The translations under genes were made by a program, and so were the position numbers. The notes under the pieces were generated by a model. It saw nothing but the letters and a program-made list of their open reading frames with translations, was not told the origin of the DNA and did no database searches. Below, one piece after another: positions 1 through 6,053 of a stretch of 6,053 nt of DNA (its first letter is position 1; each line of letters starts with the position of its first letter). The DNA comes from an uncultured archaeon (GTDB lineage Archaea; Iainarchaeota; Iainarchaeia; Iainarchaeales; JAAZKV01). The stretch lies in contig CAZKBG010000005.1 in NCBI GenBank assembly GCA_964551375.1, positions 1 through 6,053 on the forward strand, read 5' to 3'.

Positions 1-2
1 GT

Positions 3-104
3 CCCAAGAAAACACAGACCAAGGACATTCCCCAGGCAATCGCCTACCTGGCTGAATACAAAAAACGCAAGAAGGAGGGTAAAGATGCTGACAAAAAAGC
101 ATGA
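3..104 (+). CDS. 3' end of an addiction-module killer (RelE/ParE-superfamily toxin) gene, 5'-truncated by the window edge
   Basis: Frame 3 is open from the window edge to TGA at 102-104 and reads PKKTQTKDIPQAIAYLAEYKKRKKEGKDADKKA. The K-x-x-Q-x-x-D-I-x-x-A-x-x-Y-x-x-x-Y-K-K-R-K-K ending matches my memory of the C-termini of the killer proteins (COG3657/TIGR02683 type) that pair with the antidote family encoded next. It overlaps the antidote start by 20 nt. It is absent from the ORF track because it has no start codon in the window. Confidence 0.6.
   Translation, partial: PKKTQTKDIPQAIAYLAEYKKRKKEGKDADKKA
72..78 (+). promoter_or_regulatory. Shine-Dalgarno sequence for the antidote gene
   Basis: AAGGAGG at 72-78, 6 nt upstream of ATG 85, lying inside the 3' end of the toxin ORF. 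Confidence 0.6.
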
Positions 105-378
105 TGATTTCCTGGTGGAATCTCTTCAAGACCCTGAGGAAATCCAGGCATATCTAAACGTGGCCCTTGAAGATGCCTTTGAGCAAGGCGATTTCCGTCT
201 TTTTCTTCTTGCCCTCCGCGATGTGGCTGTGGCAAAGGGAATGCGGAAAGTGGCATCCAAGGCCAAACTCAACCGGGAAAGTCTTTACCGGATGCTTTCC
301 GACCAAGGGAACCCAGAGCTTTCAAGCCTTTGGGCCCTATTAAAAACAATGGGTTTGAAACTCTCAGTCACCGCTTGA
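85..378 (+). CDS. Addiction-module antidote protein, HTH DNA-binding (COG3636/TIGR02684-like, HigA-like)
   Basis: 97 aa. The layout is typical of this family: an N-terminal acidic helix (DPEEIQAYLNVALED), then GMRKVASKAKLNRESLYRMLSDQGNPELSSLWALLKTMGLKL. The HTH spans about aa 53-77 (nt 241-315), followed by the G-N-P-x-x-x-x-L motif and a C-terminal LGLKL tail. There is a strong SD 6 nt upstream. Stop TGA is at 376-378. Confidence 0.85.
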   Translation: MLTKKHDDFLVESLQDPEEIQAYLNVALEDAFEQGDFRLFLLALRDVAVAKGMRKVASKAKLNRESLYRMLSDQGNPELSSLWALLKTMGLKLSVTA

Positions 379-1145
379 TGGGCAATCCTTCGAAGGGTAT
401 TGCTTCTTGGCCCCAGGAAGAGCGACCACGGGAACGCCTTCTATCACGAGGCCCTCAAGCTCTCACTGATGCCGAACTCATTGGAATACTTCTCCGGGTT
501 GGTTTTAAAGGGACAAATGCGGTAGAGCTGGGCCGCCAACTATTGACCCGTTACGGTTCACTCCGGGCTATGGTAGAAGCTCCGGTTCTTTCGCTGTTGG
601 AAGTAAAAGGGTTAAAAGGAGCGAAGGCGGCTCAATTGTTGGCCGCCATCGAAATAGCCAGGCGATTTTCGGTTCCAATAAAAAGAGGCGATTTGGTCAT
701 AAAGACTACGTCCTCAGCGGCAGAATACCTTTTGGAGCGACTTCGAGGGTTGCCGACGGAAAATTTCCGTGTTCTCTACCTAAATCGGCGCCATGCTCTT
801 CAAGAAGATGCTTTAATTGCCCAGGGTTCCCTGACGGCGGTTCAGCCGCATTTGCGGGCAATAGTTGCCCGGGCCCTTCAGGTAAACGCATCTGCCATTA
901 TTGCGGCTCACAACCACCCATCGGGTTCAACAGATCCAAGCGAATCTGACCGCCTTCTTACGCATGATCTGATTGCGGCTTGTCGTCCTCTTGGTTTGAA
1001 AGTTCTGGATCATGTGATTGTAGCCGACAACCAAACCTTCAGTTTTGCGGACAGTGGTTTGCTGGATGAAATATCTCTACATTGCTTGGCCCCCGCTTTT
1101 TCGAAGGGCACGCCGAAATCTCACCAAAGGAAAACCGCGCTATGA
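378..1145 (+). CDS. radC: RadC-family (UPF0758) protein: N-terminal helix-hairpin-helix region plus C-terminal JAB/JAMM domain
   Basis: 255 aa counted from ATG 378. The N-terminus IASWPQEERPRERLLSRGPQALTDAELIGILLRVGFKG...VKGLKGAKAAQLLAAIEIARR matches the RadC HhH-type N-terminal consensus. The C-terminus NASAIIAAHNHPSGSTDPSESDRLLT...LKVLDHVIV carries the JAMM HxH-x7-S-x2-D signature (H at 909-911 and 915-917, S at 939-941, D at 948-950). I prefer ATG 378 over the track's TTG 330 because the homology begins just after it and it overlaps the antidote stop (TGATG). Stop TGA is at 1143-1145. Confidence 0.9.
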   Translation: MGNPSKGIASWPQEERPRERLLSRGPQALTDAELIGILLRVGFKGTNAVELGRQLLTRYGSLRAMVEAPVLSLLEVKGLKGAKAAQLLAAIEIARRFSVPIKRGDLVIKTTSSAAEYLLERLRGLPTENFRVLYLNRRHALQEDALIAQGSLTAVQPHLRAIVARALQVNASAIIAAHNHPSGSTDPSESDRLLTHDLIAACRPLGLKVLDHVIVADNQTFSFADSGLLDEISLHCLAPAFSKGTPKSHQRKTAL

Positions 1146-3100
1146 CCGAAGAACAACGCCTTGAAATAATCCGCCGTCTTCAGCAGAGGGAGGAGCTTTC
1201 CCCCGAGTGGGCGCGGGTATTGTTCCCGCCGGAAAAACGGGAATATGAATTGGTCTATCATGGAAAGGAACGAGAGGCAGATATTATAGCCAACACTCTC
1301 GCCGTCCCTCTTCAAAGGGTGAGAACCTTCGGAAAAAATGGCGAAGGGTGGCATAATAAGTTAATTTTTGGTGACAACCTACAGGTTATGAAGAGCCTAT
1401 TAGATGAGAAGCGAGCGGGAACTATATGCAATGCGGATGGCACCCCTGGGGCAAGGTTGATATTCATCGATCCGCCATTTTCGACCAAGCAGGAATTTAG
1501 AGGGACACAAGATCAGAAGGCATATCAAGACAAAATAGCCGGCGCGAGTTTTCTTGAATTCCTGCGAAAACGACTCGTGTTTATGCGCGAGCTGCTTAGC
1601 GATAATGGGTCGATCGTTGTTCATTTGGATTTGAGAAAGTGTCATCACATCAAACTTTTGCTTGATGAAATTTTTGGGGAAAGTAAACTCCTCAATGAAA
1701 TCATTTGGTATTACGAAAACAAGTTGGGCACGGGTGGGGGTCTTTTTGATGGTCGCCATGATAGTTTGTACTGGTATGGCCGTAGCTCCACCCATTCCTT
1801 CAATCCTATTCATGAGCCTGTAAAGGAAAAAAAACTTCAACCTGTAACGCAAAAGATTAATGGAAAGAGAGTTTGGCTACGGGACGAAGACGGAAAAAGA
1901 AAGTATGCACAGAGCGCAGAAACTCGCCCGGTTGGTGATGTTTGGCGGATTCCAATAATCAATCCTGTGGCAAGCGAGCGTCTCGGCTATCCGACACAAA
2001 AGCCGGAGGCGTTGGCAGAGCGTGTCATCAAGGCAATGACGAACCAAGGGGACTTGGTCCTAGATGCGTTTGCAGGTTCTGGTACGTGCATGGCGGTGGC
2101 GGAAAAATTGGATAGACGTTGGGTGGGAATCGATTGTGGCAAATTGGCAATTTATACGATACAGAAGCGAATGCTGAATCTCCGAGCGGAGATCGGGAAC
2201 AAGGGTCCACAAGTTACACCCAAGCCATTTGGGCTTTACAACGCCGGTCTATACGATTTCAGCAAGTTGAAAGACCTACCTTGGGATGCTTGGCGGTTTT
2301 TTGCCTTACAGCTTTTCCAGTGTAGAGATAGTCCACACAAGATCGGTGGCATCAGCCTGGACGGTATTTTGAAAGGTTCAAGTGTTTTGGTCTTCAATCA
2401 TCAAAAGCAACCTGGCGTCAGAATTGATGAAACCACCGTACAAAGCCTTCATGAAGCCTTAGGGTCAAAGATTGGCTCAAGGATGTTTGTTATTGCCCCA
2501 GCACTGGTATTTGACTTTCAACAGGATTACCTGATTCTTGACGGGGTTCGATACTATGCGCTAAGAATTCCATACTCGATCATTCATGAATTGCACCAGC
2601 GGGAATTTGCTGCCCTTAAACAGCCCTCTGACGAAATGGCCGTTAACGATACTGTCGAAGCGGTTGGTTTTGACTTCATTAGGCAACCGGAATTAGATTA
2701 TGAAGCCGGTGTCAATAGAAGGAAGGGTGTCCTTATTGATGAGGCCTTCATAAAAATCAAAACGTTCAAAAGTGAAGCGGTTGTTAGAGAGCCGTTTCGG
2801 AAGAAAGCGAATAGAGAAACGCTTTCAATGCTTATGCTCGACTATGATTACAAGAGCGATTCCGATGTCTTTGATTTTGACGCGGTCTTCTATGCCGATG
2901 CGATTGAAAAGGCAGATTGGGAAATCCGGTTCCCGGTGGAATCCATAGGGGGCCAGATCATGGCGGTATTTGTGGATATCTATGGAAATGAGGCAAGGGA
3001 AGTAATTCCTGGGACTGCATTTGGGGTCGGCAAAAAGAGAGTCCCGCCGAAACCGGTTCAGAAGAAATCAGGAAGAGTGCAAGGAAGAAAAGCAAAATGA
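1142..3100 (+). CDS. mod: Site-specific DNA methyltransferase, beta-class N6_N4 type (probably N6-adenine), Type III Mod-like, with a long C-terminal extension
   Basis: 652 aa counted from ATG 1142. The catalytic motif IV LIFIDPPF (DPPF at 1469-1480) precedes the SAM-binding motif I DLVLDAFAGSGT (FAGSG at 2069-2083). Motif IV before motif I is the beta permutation. The text YPTQKPEALAERVI just before motif I and NKLIFGDNLQVMKSL before motif IV are typical of PF01555-type Mod enzymes. DPPF rather than SPPY/F favours m6A. ATG 1142 forms an ATGA overlap with the radC stop, and a weak AAGGA lies at 1127-1131. The track's TTG 1082 start was not adopted. Confidence 0.9.
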   Translation: MTEEQRLEIIRRLQQREELSPEWARVLFPPEKREYELVYHGKEREADIIANTLAVPLQRVRTFGKNGEGWHNKLIFGDNLQVMKSLLDEKRAGTICNADGTPGARLIFIDPPFSTKQEFRGTQDQKAYQDKIAGASFLEFLRKRLVFMRELLSDNGSIVVHLDLRKCHHIKLLLDEIFGESKLLNEIIWYYENKLGTGGGLFDGRHDSLYWYGRSSTHSFNPIHEPVKEKKLQPVTQKINGKRVWLRDEDGKRKYAQSAETRPVGDVWRIPIINPVASERLGYPTQKPEALAERVIKAMTNQGDLVLDAFAGSGTCMAVAEKLDRRWVGIDCGKLAIYTIQKRMLNLRAEIGNKGPQVTPKPFGLYNAGLYDFSKLKDLPWDAWRFFALQLFQCRDSPHKIGGISLDGILKGSSVLVFNHQKQPGVRIDETTVQSLHEALGSKIGSRMFVIAPALVFDFQQDYLILDGVRYYALRIPYSIIHELHQREFAALKQPSDEMAVNDTVEAVGFDFIRQPELDYEAGVNRRKGVLIDEAFIKIKTFKSEAVVREPFRKKANRETLSMLMLDYDYKSDSDVFDFDAVFYADAIEKADWEIRFPVESIGGQIMAVFVDIYGNEAREVIPGTAFGVGKKRVPPKPVQKKSGRVQGRKAK

Positions 3101-5676
3101 GCACCAAAGGCGATCGGCGGACATTTCGAAACGAAGATTTGATTTTGAGGGTTTCCAAGGATATTGATCCAAAAGTTTGGGATGAAACTAAGTATGAAGC
3201 CTTTTTGGACGAATTGTGCGGTTATCGGGAGTATCAGAAAGAGGCAATCAGAACAACCCTACGATTCCTTCTTGGTGGGAAGTATTCTGATCTTAAAGCC
3301 TTGGCAAAAGAGGAGTATGAGGGTAGCACCGAGTTAAAAGAGCGGTATGGTTCGTGGGCCGGAATGGAAAGACATCTTCAGTTGCCTTCGCAACTGTCAT
3401 GCTCCATTGATCAGGCTACCGGCACCGGAAAGAGTTATGTTTTGTACGGCCTTGGCGCCATTCTTCTTGCTGAAGGTTCGATTGACCGTGTTTTGGTTCT
3501 TTGTCCATCAAACACCATTGAAGATGGTCTAATACGGAAGTTCAAAGAGCTAGCCGGGAACAGCGATCTTCGAGACTCAATGCCCGCATCGGCTCGCGTG
3601 AAGACTCCGGTTATTATCAATGCCTCTGAGAGCATTGTTGATGGTTCAATTTGCGTTGAAAATTACCACGCAATACTTGAGACCGTAAAATCATCTATTC
3701 GAGAAAGTCTTACTGGAAAAGGTGCTAGGGTTGCTGTATTCAACGATGAAGCACATCATGTCGCTAATGAAAACGGCGCGGCAGTAAAGAAATGGAAGGA
3801 GTTTCTTCAGTCGGCCGAGTATGGGTTCCGAATGATTGTTGGAGTTTCTGGAACCTGCTATGTCGGCGATGATTATTTTGCGGATGTTGTTCATCGCTAT
3901 TCCCTTCGGCAAGGAATCGAAGAGAAGTTTATTAAAAAGGTTGAGTATGTAGATGAACTTCCACCGTCTGCAGAGAATCCGGATGAAAAATGGCAACTCA
4001 TCTACAACCGGCACAAAGATTGGAAGAAAAAACTTAAACCAAGAGGCATACGTCCGTTAACAATAATAGTTACAAAAGCGATCTCTGATGCAGAGCGCGT
4101 TGCGGAGGAACTGCAAGACTTCCTTAAAGAATGGGAAAAAATCACCGGCGATCAAGCAGCCGAAAAGGTCCTGTGTGTTACATCATCATCAAAGCACCAG
4201 CCTAACGTTTTAAAGCTGAAAACGGTTGACAGCCCATCGAGCAAGGTCGAGTGGATCGTTTCTGTTTCCATGTTGAGCGAGGGGTGGGATGTTAAAAACG
4301 TTTTTCAGATCGTTCCACACGAGGAGAGGGCCTTTAACAGCAAACTTTTAATTGCACAGGTTCTCGGCCGTGGTCTTCGCAGGCCAGAGAATTGGCAGGG
4401 AGAAGAACCGGTTGTTACGGTTTTTAACCATGACGCTTGGTCCGGCCGCATAAAGCACTTGGTAAATGAGATTCTTGAAATTGAGCGCCGCCTTACCTCT
4501 TCCATTGATCGTTCTTCCCCAAACAATTTTGAAATTCATCACCTCGATTACACCCGGACAGAGGATACAACGGAGTTTGCTAAGAAAGGGGAATACAAAA
4601 TATTCGAGGGGGGGTTTATTGAGCTTCCAACACAGGTTGAAGCAGAGGATGTCACGGTTGATTTCGAGCGGGCTGTAACCGGGGACCATGTTAAGTTCAA
4701 GACGACAATTCTCCATAAAACCTTTACGGTGGCGGAGGTTGCCGAGCAAATGTTTCAACGACTTAAATCCATAGACGAAGAATCGAAGGATGCCGAGGAT
4801 CCAAAGGACCGGACCAATTACGCAACGAAGTTTCCGCTAGATAAATGCGAGGCTATTGTCCAGGCATCCCTGAAAGAGGCAAAGATAAAGAATGGGAAAA
4901 TAACCGACGACAACCGGCAGCGGTTTCTTCAGGCTCTTGGGACGTTACGCCGGAAATCGGCCAAGCGGGTTGTTTATAAACTGGCTCCAAAAGCTCTCCG
5001 GCCGATGACCACCGCCGACCGTCAAGATGAAAGTTGCAGCGCGGCAGAGATTCGGCGTGGCTCCAAGACTGTGTTTTTCCTATCTGGTTGCGAGGCTTCC
5101 TTGAGCGATGAACAGAAAGAGTTTTTCCGCGAGGTTGCCGACGAAGACGGGGAATTTAATAGTGGTCGGGTCGTTGTCCCTAACGGTGCTGATTTTAAAA
5201 CTCCGGCAAACTTGGTTATAGCTGATGCCCAGCCCGAACGGAAATTCGTTCGTGAGCTCACAAAGCGGGAAAACTCACAGAAGATAGACGCTTGGCTGAA
5301 GAATACCCCAGTTGGTTTCTATTCCATTGAGTATGCTTGGAAGAAGGGAAACAAGCACAAGCGGGGGGAATTCAGCCCGGATTTCTTTATTAAGCAAGGA
5401 AACACGGTTTTTGTGGTTGAGGTAAAGGGGGATGAGGAGATTTCCGATCCTTCTCCAGACAACATCAAGAAGCATGAATACTCAATGGTCCATTTCGACC
5501 GCCTTAATGCATGGTTGGCCAAGGAGAAGGCTACAGCCCAGTATCAGTTCAATATGATCACGCCCAAAAGCTACAATGTATTTTTTCAAAAGCTCCGGGA
5601 TAATGCCCTTGCTGGGTTCCGATCTGACTTGGACGTTGCAATTAAGAATAGCATTGACCGAGGGGAAGGTGATTAG
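3097..5676 (+). CDS. res: Type III restriction enzyme Res-like subunit: SF2 DEAH helicase/translocase with a C-terminal PD-(D/E)xK endonuclease
   Basis: 859 aa. The helicase motifs are: Q-like REYQKEAI; motif I DQATGTGKS (3409-3435); motif II FNDEAHHV (DEAH at 3745-3756); motif III VSGT; motif V SVSMLSEGWDVKNV; motif VI QVLGRGLRR (4357-4383). The C-terminal nuclease core is FSPDFFIKQGNTVFVVEVKGD (P-D at 5377-5382, E-V-K at 5419-5427). The ATG forms an ATGA overlap with the mod stop, and AAGGAAG lies at 3080-3086. Stop TAG is at 5674-5676. Confidence 0.9.
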   Translation: MSTKGDRRTFRNEDLILRVSKDIDPKVWDETKYEAFLDELCGYREYQKEAIRTTLRFLLGGKYSDLKALAKEEYEGSTELKERYGSWAGMERHLQLPSQLSCSIDQATGTGKSYVLYGLGAILLAEGSIDRVLVLCPSNTIEDGLIRKFKELAGNSDLRDSMPASARVKTPVIINASESIVDGSICVENYHAILETVKSSIRESLTGKGARVAVFNDEAHHVANENGAAVKKWKEFLQSAEYGFRMIVGVSGTCYVGDDYFADVVHRYSLRQGIEEKFIKKVEYVDELPPSAENPDEKWQLIYNRHKDWKKKLKPRGIRPLTIIVTKAISDAERVAEELQDFLKEWEKITGDQAAEKVLCVTSSSKHQPNVLKLKTVDSPSSKVEWIVSVSMLSEGWDVKNVFQIVPHEERAFNSKLLIAQVLGRGLRRPENWQGEEPVVTVFNHDAWSGRIKHLVNEILEIERRLTSSIDRSSPNNFEIHHLDYTRTEDTTEFAKKGEYKIFEGGFIELPTQVEAEDVTVDFERAVTGDHVKFKTTILHKTFTVAEVAEQMFQRLKSIDEESKDAEDPKDRTNYATKFPLDKCEAIVQASLKEAKIKNGKITDDNRQRFLQALGTLRRKSAKRVVYKLAPKALRPMTTADRQDESCSAAEIRRGSKTVFFLSGCEASLSDEQKEFFREVADEDGEFNSGRVVVPNGADFKTPANLVIADAQPERKFVRELTKRENSQKIDAWLKNTPVGFYSIEYAWKKGNKHKRGEFSPDFFIKQGNTVFVVEVKGDEEISDPSPDNIKKHEYSMVHFDRLNAWLAKEKATAQYQFNMITPKSYNVFFQKLRDNALAGFRSDLDVAIKNSIDRGEGD

Positions 5677-5691
5677 CCCCGGCGCGGTTGG

Positions 5692-5943
5692 CTATTGTCG
5701 AAGCTTCCCCTCATGGTAGGCCGCGATAGTCGGGTGAATTTTCGTTAGCCCCGCCGGGGTCCGGTACCGAAAGTCCTTCATGTAAATCTTTCCTATCTTT
5801 TCCGGTAGCTCATACCCGAACATTGCCCTGCAGAGCGCGTTGACCTCGATCATTGCGTTGACGTAAGATCCGCCGGTATGCGACCAACCGCCGAGCCGCA
5901 TAAATAAACCGAGGTCGATGGTTTTGAACCCGGCCGCGTCCAA
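5692..5943 (-). CDS. C-terminal portion of an unidentified protein, convergent with res; probably part of a longer, interrupted gene
   Basis: The 83-aa ORF (LDAAGFKTIDLGLFMRLGGWSHTGGSYVNAMIEVNALCRAMFGYELPEKIGKIYMKDFRYRTPAGLTKIHPTIAAYHEGKLRQ) has a protein-like composition. Its only start is a TTG (5941-5943) with no SD. The same frame stays open upstream to 6006 (PLIGGISDRRFYKLQKRLIWD), which suggests the real start lies further upstream. I do not recognise the family. Confidence 0.45.
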   Translation of the reverse strand: MDAAGFKTIDLGLFMRLGGWSHTGGSYVNAMIEVNALCRAMFGYELPEKIGKIYMKDFRYRTPAGLTKIHPTIAAYHEGKLRQ

Positions 5944-6053
5944 GTCCCAGATAAGCCGCTTCTGCAGTTTGTAGAAGCGCCGGTCGGAAATCCCGCCGAT
6001 AAGGGGTCACCCCACCAAACGGAAATTTACGCACGCTAAGGATTTCGTAGCGG

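Noticed and set aside
330-377. TTG 330 as the radC start and TTG 1082 as the mod start, as listed in the ORF track.
   Set aside because: Both are TTG codons giving long overlaps with the upstream gene. The in-frame ATGs at 378 and 1142 coincide with the onset of family homology and form the TGATG/ATGA coupling junctions.
1827-1834. A8 run in mod as a phase-variation tract.
   Set aside because: It encodes an ordinary KEKK stretch. Eight A residues is below the length usually associated with appreciable slippage, and no repeat-unit structure surrounds it.
1400-1852. 150-aa minus-strand ORF inside mod. Similar antisense or off-frame ORFs occur at 44-256, 706-891, 1121-1354, 2028-2210, 2119-2325, 2958-3158, 3347-3532, 3435-3635, 3691-4014, 4305-4526, 4348-4758, 4466-4678, 5022-5261, 5275-5475 and 5319-5522.
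   Set aside because: All are fully nested in, or antisense to, ORFs with strong family motifs. Their translations are low-complexity or compositionally odd and carry no recognisable motifs, so I treat them as shadow ORFs.
5674-5694. Possible bidirectional terminator between res and the convergent gene: TAGCC at 5674-5678 pairing with GGCTA at 5690-5694.
   Set aside because: The stem is only 5 bp, is formed largely by the two opposed TAG stop codons, has an 11-nt loop, and has no flanking T or A tracts. The 15-bp gap holds no convincing intrinsic terminator.
5957-5979. Hairpin with a 7-bp stem (CGCTTCT/AGAAGCG) and a 9-nt loop downstream of the minus-strand TGA, considered as a bacterial SECIS element.
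   Set aside because: The spacing is within the permissive range, but the apical loop (ACAAACUGC on the mRNA) lacks the G or U features I would expect near its 5' side. There is no CxxU or UxxC-like redox context. This is insufficient to claim selenocysteine.
5810-6034. 74-aa minus-strand ORF (GTG start) overlapping the 5692-5943 ORF.
   Set aside because: Its downstream two-thirds is Arg-rich (LGRGRVQNHRPRF..., RRLVAYRRILRQRNDRGQR), typical of an off-frame read of a GC-rich gene. Only its first ~10 codons might belong to the real gene, if a frameshift exists.
1142-6053. GC-content step marking mod-res as a foreign insert relative to radC and the downstream gene.
   Set aside because: I hand-counted individual 60-nt lines. 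They gave about 33-58% GC within mod and res, 55-58% in radC, and about 60% in two lines of the downstream gene. The spread inside mod-res is too wide to place a boundary without a proper sliding-window or codon-usage calculation.
1-6053. Search for tRNA or rRNA genes, CRISPR repeats, IS terminal inverted repeats, or long direct repeats.
   Set aside because: Nothing of this kind was visible by eye, and coding sequence occupies essentially the whole window. A computational repeat or covariance-model scan would be needed to exclude small elements.

Overview
The window is dominated by one plus-strand gene string in which every junction overlaps. It runs: 3' end of a RelE/ParE-type addiction-module killer gene (3-104), its HTH antidote (85-378), a full-length RadC/JAB protein (378-1145), a beta-class DPPF DNA methyltransferase (Mod-like, 1142-3100), and an SF2 DEAH helicase with a C-terminal PD-(D/E)xK nuclease (Res-like, 3097-5676). 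Mod plus Res make a recognisable Type III restriction-modification pair. The unusual part is that a TA module and a RadC protein are translationally welded onto its 5' side (TGATG and two ATGA overlaps). The RadC copy also appears to lack the JAMM glutamate while keeping HxH...S..D. A convergent minus-strand gene of unknown identity starts 15 bp after res. Its reading frame is broken by a TGA, or a frameshift, inside a GGGG-TGA-CCCC motif near the window edge. I saw no tRNA, rRNA, CRISPR array, IS termini or long repeats. All family assignments rest on motifs read by eye from the translations and on remembered family consensus. No database search was possible.
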